In this document: piece after piece, positions 12,665-22,667 of the stretch
Layout: the number at the start of each line of letters is the position of its first letter
Numbering within the stretch: position 1 is the stretch's first letter
Origin: Candidatus Planktophila sp.
GTDB lineage: Bacteria; Actinomycetota; Actinomycetes; Nanopelagicales; Nanopelagicaceae
DNA: 55,815 nucleotides
Reading direction: 5' to 3'
NCBI GenBank assembly: GCA_044372915.1
Contig: JBILRA010000001.1
Location: 1 to 55,815 of the forward strand
Notes under the pieces: generated by a model
What the model saw: the letters and a program-made list of their open reading frames with translations, nothing else
What the model was told of the DNA's origin: nothing
Database searches by the model: none
Program-made: the position numbers and the translations under genes

Positions 12665-14137
12665 ATGAAGCGCATTCTCTACATTGCCTTTGATCATCTT
12701 CACCGAGACTTTGGTGTCCTCAAAGATGCAGATCCACGTAGTGATCTCATCGTTTTAGTTGAAAGTACGCGCATGACCACGGGGCGTCCCTGGCATCTAC
12801 TGCGACTTCACTTCTTGATTTCAAGTGCCCAACATTTTGCGCAAAGTCTGCGGGCTGAGGGATTCACCGTTGAGTACGTAACCAGTGCAACAACGATTGA
12901 CGGTTTAGATCAGATACGCGCTCAATATGGTGAGCTTCCTATCGTCTGCGCCGAACCTTCCTCGTTCAAGCAGAGTGCAAATTTATCGGCTTACGGTGTG
13001 ACTTTCATCGACAATGATTTCTTCCTTACTCCTCGCCCTCTCTTTCAAAACTGGGCTTCATCCCAGAAGAGTTTTCTTATGGAGAACTTTTATCGTGGTC
13101 AGCGGATACGTCTTGGAGTACTTGTCGAGGGGAATTCTCCAGTGGGTGGAGCGTGGAACTTCGATAAAGAGAATCGATTGCCTCCTCCAAAGAATTACAA
13201 GTGGCCTCCTTACCTTGAATTCGCTCCCGATGACATTGATCAAAGCGTTGCCAAGCAATTAGGGATTGACGCTCCTAGTACGTGGGCGACTACACGCGCT
13301 GGCGCACTCAAGGCGCTCGAGAATTTCATAGACAATCACTTTGCTGAGTTTGGCCCTTACGAAGATGCGATGCCAACAGATAACTGGGCACTTCATCATT
13401 CACTTTTAAGCCCTTACATCAACAACGGACTACTTCATCCTTCAGAGGTGATTGAGGCTGCTGTTGCCGCCTTTGATTCGGGAGCAATTCCGATCGCTTC
13501 GTGTGAAGGCCTTATCAGACAGATAATCGGATGGCGCGAATACGTCAATGGCATGTATTGGTTTCTTGGCGAAGATTACCGTCAGAATAATCAGTTGAAC
13601 GCTCATCGTCCCCTGCTGCCACTCTTTACCGATCCGAGTAAGACATCTATGAATTGTGTGAAATCTATTGTCAGCGATATCCAGGATCGTGCATGGGTTC
13701 ATCACATTCCACGACTCATGGTTTTAAGTAATTTAGCGTTGATCACGGGGAGTAATCCTCAACAATTTCTTAATTGGATGCGTGAGAATTTTGTCGATGC
13801 CTCTGAGTGGGTGATGGTCCCCAATGTCATTGGAATGGGTCTACATGCAGATGGGGGAGCGATGATGACAAAACCTTATGCAGCAGGTGGTGCTTACATC
13901 TCGCGCATGAGTACATATTGCAAGAGTTGTGTATACAACCCCAAGTTACGTGTGGGCGATACGGCTTGCCCATTTACAACGTTGTACTGGGATTTTCTTG
14001 ATCGCCACCGTGAGGACTTTGCTAAGAATCACCGGATGAGCCAACAACTCTTTGGAATTAAGCGACTCTCGGATTTACCTGAGTTGAAAGAGAGAGCGGT
14101 AGAAGTATTACAAGGACTTGATCGCGGTGAAATTTAA
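12665..14137 (+). CDS. FeS-BCP cryptochrome/(6-4) photolyase (PhrB/CryB type)
   Basis: MENFYR, GGAWNFDKENR, FGPYEDAM, HHIPRLM, TKPY; four Cys (MNCV, YCKSC, ACPF) for 4Fe-4S. Confidence 0.9.
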   Translation: MKRILYIAFDHLHRDFGVLKDADPRSDLIVLVESTRMTTGRPWHLLRLHFLISSAQHFAQSLRAEGFTVEYVTSATTIDGLDQIRAQYGELPIVCAEPSSFKQSANLSAYGVTFIDNDFFLTPRPLFQNWASSQKSFLMENFYRGQRIRLGVLVEGNSPVGGAWNFDKENRLPPPKNYKWPPYLEFAPDDIDQSVAKQLGIDAPSTWATTRAGALKALENFIDNHFAEFGPYEDAMPTDNWALHHSLLSPYINNGLLHPSEVIEAAVAAFDSGAIPIASCEGLIRQIIGWREYVNGMYWFLGEDYRQNNQLNAHRPLLPLFTDPSKTSMNCVKSIVSDIQDRAWVHHIPRLMVLSNLALITGSNPQQFLNWMRENFVDASEWVMVPNVIGMGLHADGGAMMTKPYAAGGAYISRMSTYCKSCVYNPKLRVGDTACPFTTLYWDFLDRHREDFAKNHRMSQQLFGIKRLSDLPELKERAVEVLQGLDRGEI

Positions 14138-15243
14138 GTAAGCGGTTCAATTCTTGCGCCATCACTGGGAAGTGATGTGAAGAAGCGAGGGGCATGAAAT
14201 TCTGCGGAGGCAAATGCGACTCTAATGGCATCTTCGATCTCAGCAATCTTTGCCTGATCAGCTAAGGCAATCGCACTTCCGCCAAAACCACCACCGACCA
14301 TTCTGGCACCAATGGCGCCATGTGAGATCGCTGTTTCTACTGCGCAATTAAGTTCAGGGCAAGAGACTTCATAATCATCACGAAGTGAGTGATGGGATGC
14401 GCTCATCAATTGACCTAAAGTCGTAAAGTCTTTATCTGTGAGGGCATCAACTGCTTTAAGCACGCGAGCAATCTCTGTTACAGCGTGATGTGCTCGTTTG
14501 TACTCTTCGGCGGTTATTTGATCTTGTGCACTATCGAGTGCACTCAGTGATAAATCTCGAAGTGAGGCAATTTCTAGTTTTGCAACAACACTTTCACATG
14601 ATTGTCGGCGCTGGGCGTATCCACCATCAACGAGCGCGTGCTGAACCTGAGTATCAATAATGAGCAATTGCAGACCAGAGGCTGCCAAATCAAATGGCAC
14701 TAAGCGTGTGTCAAGATCGCGGCAATCAAGTAAAAGTGCAGAACCTGACTTGGCCATAAGGGAGACAGATTGATCCATGATGCCGCACGGAACGCCTACG
14801 TAATCGTTCTCCGCCTTCTGTGCCAAGAGCGCTAACTCTTTACGCGAATAGCCACATGCGAATAAATCATTGAGTGCTAGGGCGACGGCACATTCAAGGG
14901 CTGCAGATGAGGAAAGCCCAGCACCGAGTGGAACGTGCCCGTCAATTTCAATATCCGCACCGCTTAGAATTTCAAGTGCCCAGATCACACCTAGGACATA
15001 ACGCTCCCAATCCCCATCACCTCGTGGATTCAAATGATCTAGCGAAGTTGTAATGAGGTGATCAGGGCGTTGCGCCGAACGAATGCGAATCTCTCGGTCG
15101 TCACGCTTTCGAATGCGAGCAAAGGTGCGATTTTCAATGGCGAAAGGGAGAACAAAGCCCTGGCTGAAATCAATGTGTTCACCAATCAGATTCACACGCC
15201 CAGGGGCAGATGCGATTACATCAGGAGCGAGCCAGTCTGACAT
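14134..15243 (-). CDS. galK: Galactokinase
   Basis: APGRVNLIGEH, GAGLSSSAA, CGIMDQ and GGGFGG motifs. Confidence 0.95.
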   Translation of the reverse strand: MSDWLAPDVIASAPGRVNLIGEHIDFSQGFVLPFAIENRTFARIRKRDDREIRIRSAQRPDHLITTSLDHLNPRGDGDWERYVLGVIWALEILSGADIEIDGHVPLGAGLSSSAALECAVALALNDLFACGYSRKELALLAQKAENDYVGVPCGIMDQSVSLMAKSGSALLLDCRDLDTRLVPFDLAASGLQLLIIDTQVQHALVDGGYAQRRQSCESVVAKLEIASLRDLSLSALDSAQDQITAEEYKRAHHAVTEIARVLKAVDALTDKDFTTLGQLMSASHHSLRDDYEVSCPELNCAVETAISHGAIGARMVGGGFGGSAIALADQAKIAEIEDAIRVAFASAEFHAPRFFTSLPSDGARIEPLT

Positions 15244-16356
15244 TTATAACTGTACGTCGCGTAATTGTCCGGCAGATTGTTCAGGCTTGAGATCCATAAT
15301 GAATGCACCCATTGCCGACTCACTACCTGCCAAATACTTTAATTTGCCAGGGGCGCGACGAACACTTGCAATCTGCCAATGCAAACGGAGGAACTCGCGT
15401 CCTTCTCGGACCGGTGCTTGATGCCATGTTGCAATGTAAGCCATCGCTATTCCAAAGACTCCATCAAGACGTTTCATCACTTCAATTGAAATTGCTGGGA
15501 AGGCATCAGCTTGTTCTACTGAAAGGCTCGCTAAATCTGCAACAGGAGAAAGTGGGGCAACGTGAATTTCGAATGGGTACCTGGCAGCGTATGGGACAAA
15601 TGCCACCCAGTGTTCATTTCTAGCGATGATGCGATCACCATCGCGTAATTCGCGAGCAACGACATCATCAAAGAGCACTCGACCAGTCTCTTCATGATGA
15701 GCCTTTGCAACTTCTAACATCTTCTCCACTCGTGCAGGAATATATGAATATGCATAAATCTGTCCGTGTGGATGAAAGAGTGTGACGCCTACCTCTTCGC
15801 CTCGGTTTTCAAATGGTGCAATATGTCTAATATAGGAATGAGTTGATAGTTCGCGCACTCGATCACGCCACGCTTCCATCAGTGTGCGCACTTGTCTCTC
15901 AGAGAGATCCGCAAATGAGCCGCCGTGATTATCTGTAAAACAAATTACTTCACATTTACCGGCTGCAGTCCCAGCATCTGTATCTGTTCCAAGAATGTCT
16001 GGAAGGGCCCAATCACCTTCTGGGGCGCGAAGTGAAGGAGATCGATTGTCAAAGACGACTACTTCGTAACTACTATCTGGAATCTCACTCAACAGATCTG
16101 AACGCGTGGGGCATAAAGGGCAGAGCTCTTTCGGTGGCAAGAAGACGCGACCTTGACGATGCGCTGCCATGACAACCCATTCATTGAGAAGTGGATCAAG
16201 GCGCAATTCACCAATGCCCGGCTGATCCTCGACAGGGCGAGTATCGGATGCGGTACGAGTATGTGGCGCACTGTCGTAATAGCGAATAGTTCGCCCATCG
16301 GCCATGGGCAGATCGCTGCGAATAACTTCGCTATCGAGTTTGATCACCTGACTCAT
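15244..16356 (-). CDS. galT: Galactose-1-phosphate uridylyltransferase
   Basis: CPLCP, FENRG and HPHGQ active-site motif. Confidence 0.95.
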   Translation of the reverse strand: MSQVIKLDSEVIRSDLPMADGRTIRYYDSAPHTRTASDTRPVEDQPGIGELRLDPLLNEWVVMAAHRQGRVFLPPKELCPLCPTRSDLLSEIPDSSYEVVVFDNRSPSLRAPEGDWALPDILGTDTDAGTAAGKCEVICFTDNHGGSFADLSERQVRTLMEAWRDRVRELSTHSYIRHIAPFENRGEEVGVTLFHPHGQIYAYSYIPARVEKMLEVAKAHHEETGRVLFDDVVARELRDGDRIIARNEHWVAFVPYAARYPFEIHVAPLSPVADLASLSVEQADAFPAISIEVMKRLDGVFGIAMAYIATWHQAPVREGREFLRLHWQIASVRRAPGKLKYLAGSESAMGAFIMDLKPEQSAGQLRDVQL

Positions 16357-16376
16357 AATGGCACTACTCTAGCGAT

Positions 16377-18479
16377 GTGAGCGTGCAAAGAGCCAGACTG
16401 ACATCATCGATTGCAGAACTATGCGTCGAAGTCATTAATGGCGCACCCGTTATCACTCATTGGGGCGCACCAACAGGACCTATAAGTCAAGATTTCTTGA
16501 AGGCCATGATTCCATCAGTGACAAATAGTGGTTTCGATACCGTGCAGAGTCCAGGAATATTGCGCGAAGGATCACGTGGTTTTCTGGGGCGTAGCTCAAT
16601 CAGCGGGCATCGAAATGGTCTTGCGTGGTCAACGCACTTTACTGTCAGCAGCTTCGAGAAAGCGGATAATTCTCTCTCAGTCAATTTATCTGATTCCTAC
16701 GCTGGATTAGAACTCAACATGACCTATCAGATGGATAGCTTCGGAGTTCTCACCATTAGCGCCGAATTAATAAATGTTGGTGTGAATCCATATACCGTTA
16801 ATGAATTTGTACATTGGCTGCCTTTGCCACAGGAAGCAACACAAGTGATGGATTTTGCAGGTCGTTGGTCAAATGAACGTCAACCACAGCGACGTGACAT
16901 CGCAATTGGTACTTGGCTGCGAGAGAGTCGAGAAGGTCGCAGCGGTCATAATTTCACAATTGCGCAGATCGCGTTGAATGATCATACGAATTTTGCAACA
17001 GGTGCTGCATGGGCGATGTCTTGTGCGTGGAGTGGAAACAATCAAAATCTCATCGAAAAAACAGCAGACGGATCTCTTGCCATTGGAGCGGGAGAGCTCC
17101 TTCTTCCCGGTGAAGTCATTCTTGAACCAGGTGCAAGCTATAAACCACCCAAAGTTGTTGCCGCATTCTCCGAGCATGGTTTAGATGGAATTTCTGCCGG
17201 ATACCACCAACACATTCGCGCACGTGAAAAGCACCCGAAACGCCCGCGTCCGTTAACTTTAAATATGTGGGAGGCGATCTTCTTCGATCATAGCCAGGAG
17301 AAAATTAAGGCGCTGGTAGATGTTGCAGCAGAGATCGGTATCGAAAGAGTCGTTCTCGATGATGGTTGGTTTGGTTCTCGTCGCAATGATAAAAGCGGAT
17401 TGGGCGATTGGGTGATTTCTAGTGAGGTCTGGCCAGAGGGCCTGACTTCAATAGTCTCCTACATCAATGAAAAGGGAATTGAATTCGGACTCTGGTTTGA
17501 AGGCGAAATGGTCAACCCGGATTCTGATCTCTATCGAGAACACCCTGATTGGATTCTTCGGGAAGGTGACCGCACACCAGCACTGTGGCGTAATCAATTA
17601 GTACTTGATTTGGCACACCCAGATGCATTCGCACACGTACTCAACCAAACGATTGAAGTTCTGAGCTCGGCACACATTAGCTACATTAAATGGGATCACA
17701 ATCGGGTGCTTAATGATGCGGGTCACCTAGGACATGCAGGTATTCGCACTCAAACTTTGGCGATCTACCGACTCTTTGCAGAGCTCAAGGAAAGATTTCC
17801 ACACCTAGAGATTGAATCCTGTGCCTCGGGTGGCGCTCGAATAGATCTTGGCGTCCTAGATTTTGTCGATCGCTTCTGGACTAGCGATAACAACGACGCG
17901 CTTGAACGACAAACTATTCAACGCTGGAGCTCACTAGTAATTCCACCAGAGTTACTCGGCACGCATATTGGCCCAAGTCGTGGACATCAAACAGGTCGTA
18001 GATTAGATCTCTCCTTTCGCGCACTAACAGCGCTCTTTGGTCATGCAGGTATCGAGTGGGATATCACTGAAACTACAGAGCTTGAGCGATCTGCACTAAA
18101 AACGTGGGCGACTTTCTATAAAGATAATCGAGAACTTTTGCATCATGGTCGCTCAATCCGTATTGATTATCCCGAATCTCATGCCTATCTCTATGGAACG
18201 GTTGCTCTGGATCACTCGCGTGCGCTCTTCACTTACGCCCAACTGACGCCAACTATTGCTGTTCACCCTGCACAAATAAAGATTCGCGGCCTCAAAGCAG
18301 AATCACGCTATCGAGTAAAGCCGATGTATCCCGCGGGTGAGCCAACGTATATGTTGCACCAGAAACCGGTATGGATGGATGGAGTTGAACTCACAGGACG
18401 CGAACTTGAAGTGATTGGTCTTGCCACTCCAATTCTTGCACCAGAGCAGGCACTTTTGATTGAGTGCTCAATTCTTTAA
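16377..18479 (+). CDS. Alpha-galactosidase, GH36
   Basis: LDDGWFG.R, YIKWDHNR, ESCASGG.R.D and WTSD motifs. Confidence 0.92.
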   Translation: MSVQRARLTSSIAELCVEVINGAPVITHWGAPTGPISQDFLKAMIPSVTNSGFDTVQSPGILREGSRGFLGRSSISGHRNGLAWSTHFTVSSFEKADNSLSVNLSDSYAGLELNMTYQMDSFGVLTISAELINVGVNPYTVNEFVHWLPLPQEATQVMDFAGRWSNERQPQRRDIAIGTWLRESREGRSGHNFTIAQIALNDHTNFATGAAWAMSCAWSGNNQNLIEKTADGSLAIGAGELLLPGEVILEPGASYKPPKVVAAFSEHGLDGISAGYHQHIRAREKHPKRPRPLTLNMWEAIFFDHSQEKIKALVDVAAEIGIERVVLDDGWFGSRRNDKSGLGDWVISSEVWPEGLTSIVSYINEKGIEFGLWFEGEMVNPDSDLYREHPDWILREGDRTPALWRNQLVLDLAHPDAFAHVLNQTIEVLSSAHISYIKWDHNRVLNDAGHLGHAGIRTQTLAIYRLFAELKERFPHLEIESCASGGARIDLGVLDFVDRFWTSDNNDALERQTIQRWSSLVIPPELLGTHIGPSRGHQTGRRLDLSFRALTALFGHAGIEWDITETTELERSALKTWATFYKDNRELLHHGRSIRIDYPESHAYLYGTVALDHSRALFTYAQLTPTIAVHPAQIKIRGLKAESRYRVKPMYPAGEPTYMLHQKPVWMDGVELTGRELEVIGLATPILAPEQALLIECSIL

Positions 18480-20092
18480 TTCTTGATCTGTTTAGCACAG
18501 CTATCAAATGCTGGCTTTGGCTTCGTGGGCTTCTTTGTTGGTGATGGTGAAGGCGTAGGGGTTGGACCTTGTGTAATCACAAATTCAATTGGTGTGCGAA
18601 TCTTTGCGTGCGTACCAGTGGTATCAACAAATCCAATATGTCCTGGCCATGTTCCCGCAGGCAGACCTTTAATTGTTAAAGTCCACGCACCGCTGGTGGA
18701 ACGATCTACTCTCTGATCAAGTAAGTTTTCCGGACGATTAGCCGCATCTGGATAGAAGCGAACGGTCCCTGTCACAACTGGAAGCCCTGTTGGTCTATAG
18801 ACCTCAACCTTGACGATCGTAGATTTATCGGTTGAGGTTGCCTTTACCGATGTAACTGAAATCGTAGATGTTTCATTCTTTGGCATGAAATCCCCGGGTG
18901 CTGGCGTCCACGTTCCTGTTGCTAGTGAGAGAAATTCATCTTGTGTTCCGCGAAAAACATTGAGGTCGAGTCGGTTTCCAGGAACTCCGTATTTAGGAGC
19001 GATGCCACATGAAGAGTATTGCCAAATAATCCATTGTGAGGAGCAATTAATCGAAGTCCAGGAGTGCACGTAACAGCCACCTGGCTTGAGTCCAGGTTGT
19101 GCGATCGGATCTGCTGGATCAATTCCATACTGTGCTAGCCACAATGGATATTGGGCAAGCTCTTCATCCCGAACCATCGCATTTTCTAAAAAGGCAGGAT
19201 AAGAATAGAGAATAGGCGTGCGACCTGTTTTCTCCTTCACGATTGAGAGAAAAGTCTTCGCCCAGAGCGTTACCGCCTGCTTGCTCGCATACTTAACGCA
19301 GCCTGATTTATCGTAAAGCACACAGTTATTCTCAAGGTCAAGTGCGTATGGAAGATCCATCTCGTTGTATCCGCCGAGTGCTGCCAATCGCCACAGAACT
19401 TTCTGTGCCTGCGCAGCAGCATCACTTTTAATGGTTGTTGGATCTTTTGAATCAGGCATGTATGCATAGTGATAGAAGCCGGTATAAATCCCGGCAGCTT
19501 GAGCGGCTGCACGATCCATGATGACGTACTTGAGAGCAAGTGCATCGGAATCATCTCGTGAGTCAGATGCTTTAATCATGACAAAGCGAAGCCCCGCCTT
19601 ATACTTTTTGACAAAATCAATTGGCGCATCATTAGGGTGTTGCCATCTACTGACATCAGATCCGTGAATGCGACCACCAGGACCGTTGGAGTGGACAACC
19701 AAGGGCGCTCCATCAACCATCTCTGGTGTTGGTTTAATGACAATCTCACGAGCAGATGAGTAAAGAACTCTTCCAGAAACGATCGCCTTCGCTCGATACT
19801 TCATCTTTGCATCAAGTGCTGTTGCAATCGCAACAACTCGCCACGTTCCCACTCTTGCACTCTTGGTAGAAAATCGAGTGTCCTGCCATTTTCCTTTGAG
19901 AAAAACTTGTACGGTCACTGGAACATTTGACCTCGCCGGCTTAATCTGCCCAAAGAGTGTGACTATGGGTTCTGATCGACCCGGCGTTTGATTAAGCGAC
20001 ATCGTCAGCGTTGATCCGGCGGCATAGATTGGTGTTGCATATAGAAGACCAGCAATGAGTGTGAGCGAAAGGACAATGAGTGACTTTTTCAT
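18476..20092 (-). CDS. Secreted GH25 muramidase (lysozyme) with accessory domains
   Basis: Signal peptide, GSDVSRWQ, IKAS, GFYHY, ALDLE (DxE), LWLAQY, WQYS and DLNVF motifs. Confidence 0.88.
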   Translation of the reverse strand: MKKSLIVLSLTLIAGLLYATPIYAAGSTLTMSLNQTPGRSEPIVTLFGQIKPARSNVPVTVQVFLKGKWQDTRFSTKSARVGTWRVVAIATALDAKMKYRAKAIVSGRVLYSSAREIVIKPTPEMVDGAPLVVHSNGPGGRIHGSDVSRWQHPNDAPIDFVKKYKAGLRFVMIKASDSRDDSDALALKYVIMDRAAAQAAGIYTGFYHYAYMPDSKDPTTIKSDAAAQAQKVLWRLAALGGYNEMDLPYALDLENNCVLYDKSGCVKYASKQAVTLWAKTFLSIVKEKTGRTPILYSYPAFLENAMVRDEELAQYPLWLAQYGIDPADPIAQPGLKPGGCYVHSWTSINCSSQWIIWQYSSCGIAPKYGVPGNRLDLNVFRGTQDEFLSLATGTWTPAPGDFMPKNETSTISVTSVKATSTDKSTIVKVEVYRPTGLPVVTGTVRFYPDAANRPENLLDQRVDRSTSGAWTLTIKGLPAGTWPGHIGFVDTTGTHAKIRTPIEFVITQGPTPTPSPSPTKKPTKPKPAFDSCAKQIKN

Positions 20093-20361
20093 GGAGTTTG
20101 CCGAATCTCTAGATCAACGTTAAACACTTCTTTGATGGCTGAAATCAAAAGCTCTTGTTGGTGTACACGTGTGTTGCTATATCCGTGAGCGCCACCGAAT
20201 TTGGCGCTATCTGAATAATCGAGTGTAAGCACCAATTCATCAAGTGAAGCAAGACGGGCATCAAAAAAAGCCATCCATGTGATGCGGTCATTTCTTTCTA
20301 GAATATCCAAGACTTCATTCCAGCGTGAGCGCAGATCTGCTAACGAGATTGGAGTAGTCAT
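20089..20361 (-). CDS. Hypothetical protein resembling the actinobacterial DnaX (tau) C-terminal / DnaA-N-like domain
   Basis: LRSRWNEVLD…TW…LTLDY…LISAIKEVFNV pattern; leaderless start; ATGA overlap with the GH25 gene. Confidence 0.55.
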   Translation of the reverse strand: MTTPISLADLRSRWNEVLDILERNDRITWMAFFDARLASLDELVLTLDYSDSAKFGGAHGYSNTRVHQQELLISAIKEVFNVDLEIRQTP

Positions 20362-20388
20362 GACCCAACTCTAGCAACCGGTCTCAAC

Positions 20389-21072
20389 TTAAAGGTGGCG
20401 AGGGGCACCAATGCATTTGAAATACTCACCAGTGATTACAACTCGAAGATTCTTGGTGCGATCCGGTGAGACATGAAGGTGCTGAGCAATGCGAGCCACG
20501 ATTTGCTCCACTGACTTCTCACTCACAAATCGAACCTTGGCGATCTCAGAATTACTTAGTCCCTGGGCAAGCAAGCGCAATGTGGCAACCTGTATATCGG
20601 TGAATTCATGAATCACGGAGGCGAAGGCACCTTCATATGACGCGCCATGTCCTCTGACCCACTGCGCGGTTGCTGCAATAGAAGAAGTTTCTAAAGATTG
20701 AATAATTGCTGAGTTAAGGATCGCCAAATCTGCGATGGAGCTCTTGAGGATGATCTGAACCCCACGCGGGATCGATGTCACCGGTATCCCGAGCAACCTT
20801 AAATCGACACATGCTGTCATGATGACAATTCCCAAATCTGGATTTGTCTTTCTAAATCCAATAATCATTTCGATTACGTGGGAATCTGCAAATAAGAGAT
20901 CGAAGAGAACGACCTCGGGTTGCAGAGATCTAAAGGTATTTTCGGCGACAATTTGATTTTGAACTTCGGCGACAATGTTCACTCCGTGCAGTCGAAGAGA
21001 GGCCGAGACGGTCATTAATTCAAAGGCATCTTCGGTTGCAATCATTACTCTAGGAAGCGTTGCAATGCTCAT
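20389..21072 (-). CDS. Orphan NarL/LuxR-type response regulator
   Basis: Receiver domain (ED…VVLFD…IMT…ILK) plus LLAQGLSNSEIA…SEKSVE HTH. Confidence 0.82.
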   Translation of the reverse strand: MSIATLPRVMIATEDAFELMTVSASLRLHGVNIVAEVQNQIVAENTFRSLQPEVVLFDLLFADSHVIEMIIGFRKTNPDLGIVIMTACVDLRLLGIPVTSIPRGVQIILKSSIADLAILNSAIIQSLETSSIAATAQWVRGHGASYEGAFASVIHEFTDIQVATLRLLAQGLSNSEIAKVRFVSEKSVEQIVARIAQHLHVSPDRTKNLRVVITGEYFKCIGAPRHL

Positions 21073-21121
21073 AGATCACGGTAGCGCCCAGGAATACTTA
21101 AATCTTGTTAGACCTTGCTAC

Positions 21122-21958
21122 TTAGAGAATCTTTCCTATAGCCGCCGGGATGTAATCGATTACCTGAGATGCGCTGATCGGGCTACCCCTAGATGCGAGA
21201 AGTGCAGCGGTGTTGTGAATATATGCAGCGCTTGCAGCAAGCGTTGCAAGGTGCTCTTGATCGTTTAGTATTTCAATGTAATTTGTTGCAATGAGCGCAC
21301 CGAGAATTCCAGCAAGTACGTCACCAGTTCCTGCGGTGGCAAGCCAAGGAGTCGAGACAGGTAATTCAATGAGATCTGCGCCATGTGCGACAAATGTTTT
21401 TGATCCCTTTAACAACACCGTGACCTTTAATTCTTTAGATGCTACTCGAGCCCATTTCTTTGGATCGCCTTCAATAGCTTCGGAGTCGACTGCTATACCG
21501 CGACTGCGTAAGAGGCGAGAGAGTTCACCAGCATGTGGTGTGATCACTGTCGGTTGATCCAACTTTCCTGCTAGGTAGAGCGCGCCTGCATCTAGAACTG
21601 TTGGAACGCTTTGCTTTTTAATCAATGTAAACCAGCGATGACGCTGCCAGGTAGTGAAATCACTGTATTTCTTGGCTTCAATTCCACAGCCTGCAAGCCA
21701 TGCTGTCACTGGGCCAGGCTGCACGACAACTTCTGGATATGCATGCAATACAAGATGAGCAAGCCCCGATGAACTATGAAACCTGATCATTCCCAATCCG
21801 GTGGCCGACGCAGCGCTCGATGAAAGGACTGCAGCTCCTGGAAACTTGGCTGAACCTGTTATTACTCCGAGAACGCCTCGGGAGTACTTATTGTCCAGAT
21901 CACTAGGAATGACAATGGATTTTTTGGTATCTCTTGCACTCCATTTACGAATACTCAT
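21122..21958 (-). CDS. nnrD: ADP-dependent NAD(P)HX dehydratase
   Basis: KYSRG, GS..FPGAA, LDAGAL, TPHAGE and TAGTGDVLAG motifs. Confidence 0.9.
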   Translation of the reverse strand: MSIRKWSARDTKKSIVIPSDLDNKYSRGVLGVITGSAKFPGAAVLSSSAASATGLGMIRFHSSSGLAHLVLHAYPEVVVQPGPVTAWLAGCGIEAKKYSDFTTWQRHRWFTLIKKQSVPTVLDAGALYLAGKLDQPTVITPHAGELSRLLRSRGIAVDSEAIEGDPKKWARVASKELKVTVLLKGSKTFVAHGADLIELPVSTPWLATAGTGDVLAGILGALIATNYIEILNDQEHLATLAASAAYIHNTAALLASRGSPISASQVIDYIPAAIGKIL

Positions 21959-22073
21959 AGTTGCACTCTAACTGCATTTCAAAGCAACACCACCAGATAA
22001 CACCTTCAATAGGGCTTAGCCTGAGTCATCGCTTGGGCTTACTGACACGAACTTTTCATGGCATTATTGTTCA

Positions 22074-22631
22074 ATGCGTATCGCCGTCTTCTGTTCAGCA
22101 TCAACCAAGATTGATCAAAAGTATATTGATTTTGGCTTTGAAGTTGGCAGGGCAATAGCCGAGCAGGGCTGGGATGTAGCGTGGGGTGGCGGAACTCTCT
22201 CAATGATGGGTTCAGTTTCACGCGGTGCTCGCAGCGTTGGAGGAAAAACTTTCGGAGTTATCCCTCAAAAACTGGTTGGTAAAGAGTTTGCTGATGAAGA
22301 CGCAACAGAACTTTTCATCACCGAATCAATGCGTTCGAGAAAAGCCATGCTAGAAGATCTCTCCAATGGTTTTCTCATCTTGCCCGGGGGAATCGGCACT
22401 ATGGAAGAGTTCATGGAGATCTGGGTTGCACGCCATCTGGGTTACCACCAGAAACCAATTGTTGTCTGTGACCCATTTGATTTTTATCGCGATCTTCGCT
22501 CTTTTCTTGCCACACTCAAGAGCGAGAGATTTACCAGCAGCGCACATGATGAGCTATTGACCTGGTCAACTGAGATTTCATCGGCGATCAAAGCTTTTCG
22601 TGGCTCAATGAAGCCACCCACTCTTATCTAA
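22074..22631 (+). CDS. LOG-family nucleotide phosphoribohydrolase (TIGR00730-like)
   Basis: AVFCSAS, MRSRK and PGGIGTMEE motifs. Confidence 0.9.
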   Translation: MRIAVFCSASTKIDQKYIDFGFEVGRAIAEQGWDVAWGGGTLSMMGSVSRGARSVGGKTFGVIPQKLVGKEFADEDATELFITESMRSRKAMLEDLSNGFLILPGGIGTMEEFMEIWVARHLGYHQKPIVVCDPFDFYRDLRSFLATLKSERFTSSAHDELLTWSTEISSAIKAFRGSMKPPTLI

Positions 22632-22667
22632 TTTTTTCCTCTATTCAGCGCTGCGAATCAACGCAGA

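Noticed and set aside
11138-14137. Integrative element at tRNA-Asn
   Set aside because: No integrase and no repeated tRNA 3' end seen; downstream genes look host-like.
18476-20092. GH25 lysozyme (and the M23 peptidase) as prophage lysis genes
   Set aside because: Both have Sec signal peptides and there is no holin, structural or integrase gene nearby; host autolysins are more likely.
22074-22631. LOG/SLOG protein as part of an anti-phage system
   Set aside because: Classical stand-alone PGGxGTxEE LOG with no TIR, sirtuin or effector partner nearby.
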